From the sequence record SRR20825010_2866: a DNA stretch of 45,920 nt; one strand, written 5' to 3'. Position numbers and translations under genes: made by a program. The notes below the pieces were generated by a model. The model made no database searches. It was not told the DNA's origin and was given only the letters and a program-made list of their open reading frames with translations. Below are positions 28,041-36,717 of the stretch, in pieces (the stretch's first letter is position 1; the number at the start of each line of letters is the position of its first letter).

Positions 28041-28071
28041 TTGACCCTGTAGCTACTACAGGGCTCATAAC
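28041..28071 (+). promoter_or_regulatory. CadR/PbrR-type MerR operator-promoter
   Basis: TTGACC, 19-nt spacer, CATAAC; dyad CCCTGTAG-CTA-CTACAGGG. Confidence 0.85.
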
Positions 28072-28102
28072 TGTGTACAAATCCTTGTTGATAGAGGCAG
28101 AC

Positions 28103-29002
28103 ATGCACGACCACAGTCACGATCATAGCCATCATTTCGACACTCATAACCGCTCATTTGCGATTGCGGTCATACTCAATACGCTGTTTGTCGTCATCGA
28201 AGCGGTGTATGGGATTATTTCCGGCTCTCTGGCGCTGCTGGCCGACGCTGGCCACAACCTCAGCGATGTGATGGGTCTGATTCTGGCCTGGGTGGCCAGT
28301 TGGCTCGCCAGTAAAGCCGCAACATACGGCAAAACCTATGGTCTGAAGAAAACCACCATCCTGGCGGCACTTTTCAACGCCTTGATTCTGATCGCCGCTG
28401 TTGGTGGCATCACCTGGGAAGCTATTCAGCGCCTGACGGAGCCTGCTGATGTCGCTGGCTTGACGGTCGTGATCGTGGCTGGCATTGGTGTGTTGATCAA
28501 CGGCGCCACCATGATGCTTTTCCTCAAAGGGCAAAAAGGCGACATCAATATCCGCGGCGCCTTTCTACATATGGCCGCAGATACTGCAGTGTCAGTGGGC
28601 GTGGTAATCTCCGGTACGGTACTGATGTTCACCAACCTGGCCTGGATTGACCCCATCGTCAGCCTCATTATTGCCGTTGTGATCTTTATGGGCACCTGGC
28701 AGTTGCTGAAAGATTCCGTAAAACTGGCCGTCGATGCTGTTCCCAAGGGCATTGATCCTTCGGCCGTCCACGAACGCCTGGAGAATTTACCTGGTGTTCA
28801 ATCGGCCCATCACCTTCACATCTGGGCACTGAGTACCACTGAAAATGCACTAACCGTTCACTTGGTGAAACCGGACCCCGAGAGTGACGACCGGATCATC
28901 AGCGAGGCCGCTGACATGTTGAACGAGCACTTTGGCATCCAGCATACAACCATCCAATGGGAGCGCGGTGACGATCAATGCCCGAACACTAGCCACTGTT
29001 GA
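28103..29002 (+). CDS. czcD: CDF Zn/Cd/Co transporter (CzcD/ZitB)
   Basis: His-rich N-terminus, SLALLADAGHNLSD, GAFLHMAAD, HHLHIWALS, HTTIQ. Confidence 0.92.
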   Translation: MHDHSHDHSHHFDTHNRSFAIAVILNTLFVVIEAVYGIISGSLALLADAGHNLSDVMGLILAWVASWLASKAATYGKTYGLKKTTILAALFNALILIAAVGGITWEAIQRLTEPADVAGLTVVIVAGIGVLINGATMMLFLKGQKGDINIRGAFLHMAADTAVSVGVVISGTVLMFTNLAWIDPIVSLIIAVVIFMGTWQLLKDSVKLAVDAVPKGIDPSAVHERLENLPGVQSAHHLHIWALSTTENALTVHLVKPDPESDDRIISEAADMLNEHFGIQHTTIQWERGDDQCPNTSHC

Positions 29003-29037
29003 ACGCTATATTTACCGCATCAAGAGCGCCTGCCCCC

Positions 29038-29997
29038 ATGCGAGACTTAATTGAACGCCATCAGGTCTGGGCCTACCTCATCGCTGTTGTCCTCGGCCTT
29101 TTCATCGGTTGGAAGACTTCTCCCGGCGAGATTGTGCCCGACTACCTGATCTGGGCACTACTGGGGGTTCTGCTCTACGCCACGTTTACCCAAACACCAT
29201 TGACTCACCTGTCTGACGTACTCCGGGACCGTCGGTTCATGGGTGCCTTGCTCACCGGCAATTTTCTGGTGATGCCGGCGATCATCGCCTTACTGATATT
29301 GGCACTGCCGGACAATGACGCGCTGAAGTTGGGAATGCTTCTGGTATTACTGATGCCCTGTACCGACTGGTTTGTCACTTTCACTCACCTGGGCAAGGGG
29401 GACAGCACGCGAGCCATTGCGGCAACACCGGTTCTGCTGATTGCTCAATTGGGTCTTCTTCCACTTTACCTCTGGCTTTTCCTGGGCAATCAGTTCGACG
29501 TGAATCTTGAGCTTGGACGACACCTCCTGCCGGCCTTTGTCGGGCTGATTATTGTCCCGCTTATCCTCGCATTTCTGACTGAAAAACGGGCCGAAAACTC
29601 CAGAAGAGTCACCGGGTTCATTCGCTTCATGGGCCTGATTCCGGTCCCTCTGCTTACAGTCGTACTTTTTATCATCACAATGACACAGGTCAGTCAGATC
29701 ACCAGTACCGGCCCACTCATCTGGCCCTTGATGATTGTGTTCCCGACCTATCTTCTAGCCGCGGCTCTGGTTGGAAAGGCTCTGCGCTGGGTCTTTCGAT
29801 TACCGGTGGAAACCGGTCGCACCGTCACCTTCAGCCTTGGAACACGCAACTCCTTCGTGGTTTTACCTTTGGCACTTTCAATGCCAGAGGCGTGGGCTGC
29901 GGCCGTTGTAGTGATTGTCGTGCAGTCCCTGGTGGAACTGTTTGGAATGATGCTTTATCTGCGGTGGGTGCCTAGTCGGCTGCTACCAAACACCTGA
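29038..29997 (+). CDS. Acr3/SBF-family membrane transporter (arsenic-resistance-like)
   Basis: About 10 TM segments; NF-x2-P, PCTDWF, TRNSFVVLPLA, QSLVEL. Start uncertain (28999 TTG or 29038 ATG). Confidence 0.8.
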   Translation: MRDLIERHQVWAYLIAVVLGLFIGWKTSPGEIVPDYLIWALLGVLLYATFTQTPLTHLSDVLRDRRFMGALLTGNFLVMPAIIALLILALPDNDALKLGMLLVLLMPCTDWFVTFTHLGKGDSTRAIAATPVLLIAQLGLLPLYLWLFLGNQFDVNLELGRHLLPAFVGLIIVPLILAFLTEKRAENSRRVTGFIRFMGLIPVPLLTVVLFIITMTQVSQITSTGPLIWPLMIVFPTYLLAAALVGKALRWVFRLPVETGRTVTFSLGTRNSFVVLPLALSMPEAWAAAVVVIVVQSLVELFGMMLYLRWVPSRLLPNT

Positions 29998-30043
29998 AAA
30001 GGTCTGACGCCAATTTAATCAAACTAAAATATGGAGATCTCAC

Positions 30044-30682
30044 GTGCGAACCCGAACCCTGGTCATCAGTCTTGTTCTTATTTGTCTGGTTATCTTCGCG
30101 GCCGCTTTTGTTTATTACGATCGTTCTCAGGGTACTAATGAACCCGCCGTTGTTGAAAAAACGCCACTGGTGAGGGATTACTCCCCCATTGTCGGCCCTG
30201 AGGGCGCTCAGGTAACCATTGTCGAGTTCTTCGACCCATCCTGCGAAGGCTGTCGCGCCATGTACCCTTATGTGAAACAGATTATGGCGGCCTACCCAGA
30301 CAAAGTGCGCCTGGTATTGCGCTACGTGCTGTTTCACAAAGGCTCGGAAGAGGCCGTCAGAATTCTGGAAACCGCCCGCGAACAGGGGATCTACGAGCCG
30401 GTGCTTGACGCTGTCATGGAAGCCCAGCCCCAGTGGCATGACGATCCCGATGTCACCGCAGCATGGGATGCGGCGGAGTCAGCCGGGCTGGATGTAGAAG
30501 CCGCTCGGGCCGGTATGACCTCGCCTGAAATAAACGGCATTATTCAACAGGATGCTGCGGACGTTAAAGCGGTTGGAATTTCCGGAACTCCAACATTCTA
30601 CGTCAACGGAGAAAAGTTGAACCGGCTGGGCCCCCAGGAACTGTACGACCTGGTCACGTCCAAGGTAGAGTCATCGAAATAA
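30044..30682 (+). CDS. DsbA/thioredoxin-fold periplasmic protein
   Basis: N-terminal TM, EFFDPSCEGC, GTPTFYVNG. Confidence 0.9.
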   Translation: MRTRTLVISLVLICLVIFAAAFVYYDRSQGTNEPAVVEKTPLVRDYSPIVGPEGAQVTIVEFFDPSCEGCRAMYPYVKQIMAAYPDKVRLVLRYVLFHKGSEEAVRILETAREQGIYEPVLDAVMEAQPQWHDDPDVTAAWDAAESAGLDVEAARAGMTSPEINGIIQQDAADVKAVGISGTPTFYVNGEKLNRLGPQELYDLVTSKVESSK

Positions 30683-30704
30683 CAACACCAGAACCGGCAA
30701 CATT

Positions 30705-31547
30705 ATGTCACTGCTTGACTACCTTCTACCCTACGATTTCTCGCCGCTGACCGTGCTGAGCTACATGCTCGTGATGGGGTTCTATGGCATCGGACTGCTT
30801 CGGATGCCGGATCAGGATCGGCCTGGCTCGCTACGGATTTTTGCGTTCACCCTGGGGGTGCTGATCTGTTATGCGGTGATGCAGACGCGCTTCGATTACT
30901 ACGCGCAATACATGTTCTTCGTTCATCGGGGCCAGCATCTGATTCTTCATCACATCGGGCCTATCCTGATCGCGCTGTCCAACCCCTTGCCGGTCATGCG
31001 GTTCTGGTTTGAAAAAATCAGCCCGGGCTGGCGGCGCACGCTCCGGCCTCTGGGTTGGGTTTATCGGGTTCTACAACAGCCCTTCATTGCCCTTTTCCTG
31101 TTTGTTGGGCTCATTTATTTCTGGCTGTGGCCATCAATCCATTTCGACGCCATGCTCAGTCGAGATCTGTACTGGGTCATGAACTGGAGCATGTTACTGG
31201 ATGGCCTGCTGTTCTGGTGGTTGATCTTCGACCCGCGACCGCCTGCGATCACCTCATCGCTGGGGTATGGCAGACGCATGTTGGTTCTGGCTGCCGCAGG
31301 TGTGCTTCAGATGTTTCTTGGGGCGTGGATCGTGTTCTCACGTGACATGGTCTACGACGTTTACGAAGTCTGTGGCAGGGCCTGGCCGCTGGACCCGGAA
31401 GTCGACCAGCTTCTTGGCGGCATGCTGACCTATATCCCTCCGGCCATGATGAGCATCCTTGGCATTCTTCTGATGCTCCGGCGAGCCATGCATCAGGACG
31501 GAAAATATACCAACCAATCCAAACAACTTGAGGAAACAGCGTCATGA
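30705..31547 (+). CDS. Cytochrome c oxidase assembly protein (Caa3_CtaG-like)
   Basis: HRGQHLILHH, FWW, DQLLGG motifs; multiple TM segments. Confidence 0.85.
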   Translation: MSLLDYLLPYDFSPLTVLSYMLVMGFYGIGLLRMPDQDRPGSLRIFAFTLGVLICYAVMQTRFDYYAQYMFFVHRGQHLILHHIGPILIALSNPLPVMRFWFEKISPGWRRTLRPLGWVYRVLQQPFIALFLFVGLIYFWLWPSIHFDAMLSRDLYWVMNWSMLLDGLLFWWLIFDPRPPAITSSLGYGRRMLVLAAAGVLQMFLGAWIVFSRDMVYDVYEVCGRAWPLDPEVDQLLGGMLTYIPPAMMSILGILLMLRRAMHQDGKYTNQSKQLEETAS

Positions 31548-32167
31548 GAACTCGCTTCTGGCGACAGCGCTCCAAAATCATATCGGCGACCTTAACGCTG
31601 ATAGCATCCCTATTGCTGACTGGTTGCCTTGGAAATGACGAGGAAGACTGGAACGGCAAAAACATCAGTGGCTTGATGCCTAAACTGGAATTCGACCTGA
31701 TCAATAGCCAGGGCGAGTCGGTATCTGGCGATGATTACAGTGGCCGCGTGAGAATGCTGTTTTTCGGGTTCACCTCGTGCCCCGATGTTTGCCCAACTGC
31801 CCTGCAAAAGCTCAATCAGGCAACCAGTGGCCTGGACCCGAAGCTTCAGGATGAAGTACTCACTTTGTTCGTGAGTGTCGATCCGAAACGTGACACGCCT
31901 GAGCGTCTCGCAAAATACGTGGATTTCTTCGGTGACAATATTGTAGGACTCACTGGAAAAGAACCCCAGCTTCGTGAACTGGCAAAACGATATAGAACAA
32001 CCTTCGGTTATGACGAACCTGACCCCGATGGAAATTATGCGGTGTCACACAGCAGCGCGATTTATGTATTTGATCGCGAAGGTAACCCCCGCCTCTTAAT
32101 GCGGCCCGATTTGAGTAGGGAAGAAATTCGGCATGACCTCGTTGCTCTTATTCAGGAGGATTCCTGA
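31544..32167 (+). CDS. SCO1/SenC copper chaperone lipoprotein
   Basis: Lipobox LLTGC, FGFTSCPDVCP, VDPKRDTPE, VSHS. Confidence 0.93.
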   Translation: MRTRFWRQRSKIISATLTLIASLLLTGCLGNDEEDWNGKNISGLMPKLEFDLINSQGESVSGDDYSGRVRMLFFGFTSCPDVCPTALQKLNQATSGLDPKLQDEVLTLFVSVDPKRDTPERLAKYVDFFGDNIVGLTGKEPQLRELAKRYRTTFGYDEPDPDGNYAVSHSSAIYVFDREGNPRLLMRPDLSREEIRHDLVALIQEDS

Positions 32168-32232
32168 ATCGAGTTGGAGTTGATCTTAGGGCACATTTCC
32201 ATCAGCTTGACGCCTAAAGGCGACGAAGTCAT

Positions 32233-33537
32233 TTAACCCGGCCACCGCGGATGCAGTTCATCAATCACATACCGGTGGGAATGCTCCGCTCCCGATTCCG
32301 TTCTGTGCGGGTGGTCGCGTGGCAGGTCATGATGGCTATGGGCAATCACCAATGGATCATCGGCGGGCCACAGTCGGCTGGCTGCAATCAGGAAGACAAG
32401 CCCCAGAACCGCCAACACAATCAGCGTTGGCTGAATGCCGGCAGATGAGCCAAGCCATCCCGCCAGCGGATAGGCGACCAGCCAGCCGGCGTGAGACAGC
32501 GAAAACTGGGCAGCAAACAGTGCTGGGCGGTCTTCGCCATGAGAAGACTGGGTGAGCAAACGGCCTATGGGTGTCTGAACCGTTGAGAATCCGACACCAA
32601 GCAGCGCCCAGACTGGCATCAGCCTGTAGAGGCTGTCGGCAAACCACGCCGCGCCCAAACCGCCGAGCAACACCCAAGCCCCTGCCAGCATCACCGGACG
32701 GTCCTTCCAGCGTTTGAGCAGCGCGGGCAACGCCAGTGCCGCCAGCATGGAACCCGCGCCGAATGCCGCAAAAGCCATGGCCGTGTGCTGTTCGATCAAG
32801 CCAAAACCACCCTGCACCATCACTACGGTGTTCACGATCACCATGGAGCCGGCCATGCTGACCACCACATTCAGCGCGATCAGCCCCCGAAGGCGCGGTG
32901 TGGCCATAAAAATACGAAACCCACGGCGGGCACGCTCGTGAATACTCCGGCGCTTCTCCGGTGCAGAGCCAGAAGGCAGAGCCACCGATACGACGAGCAA
33001 CGCGGATGCGATGAAGCCAACCACCGTGCCGGAAAACAGCCCCTGCCAACTGGTGACCAACAACAGCATGCCGGCCAGAGCCGGGCTGATCAGGTTTTCA
33101 AGATCGTAGGCCAGACGGGAAAGGGACAGCGCCCGAGTATAGTCGTCCTCGTTGGGTAAGGTGTCCGGGATGGTGGACTGGAACGTCGGCGTAAAGGCCG
33201 CAGATGCCGATTGCAGCACGGCGATCAGTACATACACCTCCCAGACTTCCGTCACAAAAGGCAAGGCAAGTGCAACGGCAGCCCGCACCAGATCCAGCGA
33301 TACCAGCATCAATCGTCGGGGCACACTCTCGGCAAGCGCTGAGGCCAGCGGTGCAATCAGCACATAGGCAACCATTTTAATGGCCATCGCCGTGCCAAGT
33401 ACCTGCCCCGCTTTATCTCCAGCCAGATCGAACGCCAATAGACTCAAGGCCACGGTTGCCAGCCCTGTGCCGAGCAAGGCGACCACCTGGGCCAAAAACA
33501 GATGACGATAGGTTTGGTGTTTCAGGATTCCAATCAC
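32233..33537 (-). CDS. MFS transporter, NreB/NcrA-like Ni/Co exporter
   Basis: 12-TM MFS with His-rich C-terminus HSHHDLPRDHPH...HSH; downstream of an NreA-like repressor. Confidence 0.85.
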   Translation of the reverse strand: MIGILKHQTYRHLFLAQVVALLGTGLATVALSLLAFDLAGDKAGQVLGTAMAIKMVAYVLIAPLASALAESVPRRLMLVSLDLVRAAVALALPFVTEVWEVYVLIAVLQSASAAFTPTFQSTIPDTLPNEDDYTRALSLSRLAYDLENLISPALAGMLLLVTSWQGLFSGTVVGFIASALLVVSVALPSGSAPEKRRSIHERARRGFRIFMATPRLRGLIALNVVVSMAGSMVIVNTVVMVQGGFGLIEQHTAMAFAAFGAGSMLAALALPALLKRWKDRPVMLAGAWVLLGGLGAAWFADSLYRLMPVWALLGVGFSTVQTPIGRLLTQSSHGEDRPALFAAQFSLSHAGWLVAYPLAGWLGSSAGIQPTLIVLAVLGLVFLIAASRLWPADDPLVIAHSHHDLPRDHPHRTESGAEHSHRYVIDELHPRWPG

Positions 33538-33649
33538 GGGTCACCCACCGCTTACAAAAACCGCATTCAGAACCAGTGTCAGTCGCTGGTACATGTAAAG
33601 ATTGAACCGCTACGGTGTGACTGAATCCGGGAATTGGTTACTGACAGGA

Positions 33650-33928
33650 TCACAGATACCGGGCAATGGCCTTAAATTCGTCCACTCGGCGTTGCTGATC
33701 CGGTGCCAGAGGTCCGATGGCATCATCGAGGCAGTGCTCTATATGATCCTGAACCAACACTCGCTTGGCCTGTTGAATGGCCTTTTCCACGGCGTGAAGC
33801 TGTTGGGCCAGTTCCAGGCAGGGTTTTCCCTGATCAATCATACCAATCACGCTTTCAAGATGGCCGTTAGCCCTCTTCAGGCGTTTGATAATATTCGGGT
33901 GAGATTGATGCGTGTGACTATTTACCAT
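33650..33928 (-). CDS. CsoR/RcnR-family metal-sensing repressor (NreA/NcrB-like)
   Basis: HTHQSH, KRLKRANGHL, PCLELAQQL, DHIEHC. Confidence 0.9.
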   Translation of the reverse strand: MVNSHTHQSHPNIIKRLKRANGHLESVIGMIDQGKPCLELAQQLHAVEKAIQQAKRVLVQDHIEHCLDDAIGPLAPDQQRRVDEFKAIARYL

Positions 33929-33939
33929 GTTTAATTCCT

Positions 33940-33956
33940 ATCCCCCATGGGGGGAT
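33940..33956. promoter_or_regulatory. C/G-tract operator of NcrB/RcnR type in the divergent promoter
   Basis: ATCCCCCATGGGGGGAT dyad just upstream of the repressor ATG. Confidence 0.75.
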
Positions 33957-34008
33957 GTTATCCTCTATCTCCCTTGAAATCCAACCACAGATTCGACGCA
34001 TTAGATTG

Positions 34009-34392
34009 ATGATTTCGGCCATCCACCAGAGAAAACTGCTTCCGACGCTCGTCATGCTGTTTGCATTGGCGGGTCTGTCACTGTCGGTGATTGGCGAGTC
34101 ATTCTCTCACGGTGTGGCTGAGCTGGCTGGCGATTGGGAATCACTGCATGACGGCCACCCAGGCAGTCATGGTGGACATGGACACACCCACGATTTTGAC
34201 GAAGAGCCAGAGGCGGCGTCACTTCATCATGATGCTGGCAATCATACCCACGAGACCGTAGATCAGCTCAGGGTTCCGTTTGTTTCCCAAAGCCTGACCG
34301 TTCTCCGGCAGCCCGTGCCCTTTGCCGGAGGCTCTCCCCGCAGTTTGCGCTATCGGCTTGAACGCCCTCCAAAAGCTCTCCTTTCCGCTTGA
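34009..34392 (+). CDS. His-rich exported hypothetical protein ending RLERPPK (CzcI/DUF2946-like architecture)
   Basis: N-terminal hydrophobic segment, HDGHPGSHGGHGHTHD...HHDAGNHTHE, C-terminal RPP; start uncertain. Confidence 0.72.
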   Translation: MISAIHQRKLLPTLVMLFALAGLSLSVIGESFSHGVAELAGDWESLHDGHPGSHGGHGHTHDFDEEPEAASLHHDAGNHTHETVDQLRVPFVSQSLTVLRQPVPFAGGSPRSLRYRLERPPKALLSA

Positions 34393-34440
34393 TTCTTGCC
34401 GCTTGCGCGGCCCGAGAAAACACATTCGATTGGAGTCTTT

Positions 34441-35175
34441 ATGTTGTCAAACTTGCCTGGCCGATGCCGTGGTGTGTCCTCAATGGGCACAGGTAATCGT
34501 CTACTCTGGATATTTCTGACTTTGGGCTTGCTGGGCCTGAGTACCGATGTACTCGCCCATGCCGTCGCCCAGGGCGACAAGGGGTACATCCAGGAAATTA
34601 CCGGGATAAACCTTATTTCGTTCATCTATCTGGGGGCCAAACACATGGTCACCGGCTATGACCACCTGCTGTTCCTTCTGGGTGTCATTTTCTTCCTCTA
34701 CCAGATGAAGCACATCGCGATCTACGTGAGCCTGTTTGCCTTGGGGCATTCCACCACAATGTTGCTGGGGGTTTACTTCAACGTGGGCATCAACAGCTAC
34801 ATCATTGATGCGATTATTGGTCTGTCCATCGTCTACAAGGCACTGGACAACATCGGTGCCTATCAGCGGTGGTTTGGCTTCCAGCCCAACACCAAGGCCG
34901 CCACGTTGATTTTCGGGTTCTTCCATGGCTTTGGTCTGTCCACCAAGATCATCGAATACGACATCTCACAGGACGGCCTGATTCCGAACCTCCTTGCCTT
35001 CAATGTGGGCGTGGAAATCGGACAGTTAATCGCCCTGGCCATGATCCTGATTGCCATCAGCTTCTGGCGAAAAACCGACGGCTTTTTCCGCCATGCCTAC
35101 ACCGCCAACGTGACCATGATGAGCGCAGGTTTCCTGCTCTTTGGCTATCAACTCACCGGTTACTTTGTCGCCTGA
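34441..35175 (+). CDS. HupE/UreJ-like membrane protein (Ni/Co transporter family)
   Basis: Signal ending VLA-H, HMVTGYDHLLF, GHSTT, FGFFHGFG, FNVGVEIGQL; SD GGAG. Confidence 0.88.
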   Translation: MLSNLPGRCRGVSSMGTGNRLLWIFLTLGLLGLSTDVLAHAVAQGDKGYIQEITGINLISFIYLGAKHMVTGYDHLLFLLGVIFFLYQMKHIAIYVSLFALGHSTTMLLGVYFNVGINSYIIDAIIGLSIVYKALDNIGAYQRWFGFQPNTKAATLIFGFFHGFGLSTKIIEYDISQDGLIPNLLAFNVGVEIGQLIALAMILIAISFWRKTDGFFRHAYTANVTMMSAGFLLFGYQLTGYFVA

Positions 35176-35190
35176 TTCTGGAGATTTTTT

Positions 35191-35880
35191 ATGTACAACA
35201 CCGATATACCCAGCCGTGAAGAACTGCCCAGCACTGCCAAGCTGGTTCGATCCACCATCATTGCCGCTATTGTGGCGCTGGTTCTGCTGGTAACCGTGGT
35301 CATGCCCGCTGAATACGCCCTGGACCCAACCGGCGCAGGTCGCCTTTTGGGTCTGACTGAAATGGGCGAGATCAAGGAGCAGCTTGCTGAAGAAGCAGCT
35401 GCTGACGAGGCTGCCCAGATGGTTGCGGTGCAATCGTCGGTTGATCAGAAGACCCCGGAAGTCAAAGAACCTGTCGTGGATGAAGCCGTTGAGGAGCCAA
35501 GTCCCTCACCTGAAGTAGAGGTTGCGCCTGCTGAGCCTGCGCCTGAACCGGAAATTGCGGAACCGCAGTGGCAGGATGAAGTACGCGTGGTTCTCACACC
35601 GGGAGAAGGCACAGAGTTCAAACTCACCATGGAGAAAGGTGCTACAGCCCGGTTCTCCTGGGTGTCTGAGGGTGGCCCTATCAACTTCGATACCCATGGT
35701 GATGGAGGCGGCCAGTCAATTTCTTACGAAAAAGGCCGGGGCGTTCCGGAAGATGAGGGTGAGCTTGTGGCTGCACTCACCGGCAACCATGGCTGGTTTT
35801 TCCGAAACAGGAACGACAACAACATCACCCTCGTGCTGAGAACGGGCGGAGATTATGGGGAGTTGCGAAGAGCGTTATAA
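35191..35880 (+). CDS. Conserved transmembrane-anchor protein associated with HupE/UreJ-like genes
   Basis: One TM, PAEY-x2-DPTG, acidic Pro linker, C-terminal domain FDTHG...GNHGWF. Confidence 0.8.
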   Translation: MYNTDIPSREELPSTAKLVRSTIIAAIVALVLLVTVVMPAEYALDPTGAGRLLGLTEMGEIKEQLAEEAAADEAAQMVAVQSSVDQKTPEVKEPVVDEAVEEPSPSPEVEVAPAEPAPEPEIAEPQWQDEVRVVLTPGEGTEFKLTMEKGATARFSWVSEGGPINFDTHGDGGGQSISYEKGRGVPEDEGELVAALTGNHGWFFRNRNDNNITLVLRTGGDYGELRRAL

Positions 35881-35900
35881 ATCCAGGTGATCCTACCAAG

Positions 35901-35928
35901 GGAGGGCCGGTCTCGCGGCCGGCCCTCC
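35901..35928. terminator. GC-rich hairpin at the end of the island operon (no U tract)
   Basis: GGAGGGCCGGTC-TCGC-GGCCGGCCCTCC. Confidence 0.5.
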
Positions 35929-36058
35929 TGCCGACTATTCAGGGTACTAATAAGAAGTGCACTGCAATAAGTCGCGATGGCCCGCTTTATGCTTAAACCT
36001 CCCCTAGACACCAAAACCGTCAACATTTTCTCATTGGCCATGGGAGGGGACCAACGCC

Positions 36059-36712
36059 ATGTCGCTACTCACATCGCTGATCAAAGCCAGCACCCAGTTC
36101 CAGCAGGCCATGGAAAAGAAACAGCCGGCGGCATCAGGCAATGCGGCACCAAAGCCCACAGCGCCGGAGGCGCCGGCTTCCGCAACCGATGACCGGTTTA
36201 CCCTGTCCGAGCGGGCGAGTTTCGATACCGGCCGCCCCAAATCCACCCGGTTGCAGATGGCTGAGTACAAGCAAACCGTCGGGCAGGACCTTGCCTATAT
36301 GCGGGAGACGCTGCGGCATAAACTTGCCGAGTACAAACTGAATCCGGCAACCAGTGTGGAAGTCTCAAAGACCGACGAAGGCAAAATCAGCGTTGGTGGT
36401 GGCATCCCAGAGGATAGCCGCAGCCGTATCGAACAGGACCTGAACAACAGCAAGCCGTTCGGGGAGGCATTCAGCCGGCTCAGTGCCAGCGAGCCCACCC
36501 TGCACTTTGTGGACAACGCGCTCAAGTTGAACAAGGCATACGGCGTGAACAATTCACTGCTGGACACCCTGGTCAGCGACAACCAGCAATTCAACGGCCT
36601 GCAGGACCTGGCGCACCGCTACGACAGCCTGCGCAGGACCATCAGTACCGATCAGGCCACCAACTACGCAGACCGCAAAAATTTCGCCCTGAGCCTGAAC
36701 ACCCGGGCCTGA
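36059..36712 (+). CDS. Hypothetical protein
   Basis: 217-aa ORF, SD GGAGGGG, host-like codon usage; no family recognised. Confidence 0.75.
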   Translation: MSLLTSLIKASTQFQQAMEKKQPAASGNAAPKPTAPEAPASATDDRFTLSERASFDTGRPKSTRLQMAEYKQTVGQDLAYMRETLRHKLAEYKLNPATSVEVSKTDEGKISVGGGIPEDSRSRIEQDLNNSKPFGEAFSRLSASEPTLHFVDNALKLNKAYGVNNSLLDTLVSDNQQFNGLQDLAHRYDSLRRTISTDQATNYADRKNFALSLNTRA

Positions 36713-36717
36713 CTCCG

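Larger units (their letters stand above)
1..35930. other. Mosaic heavy-metal resistance genomic island (left end outside window)
   Basis: Dense metal-homeostasis genes, AT-rich patches, IS scar, abrupt change to housekeeping genes; no integrase or att site seen. Confidence 0.7.
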
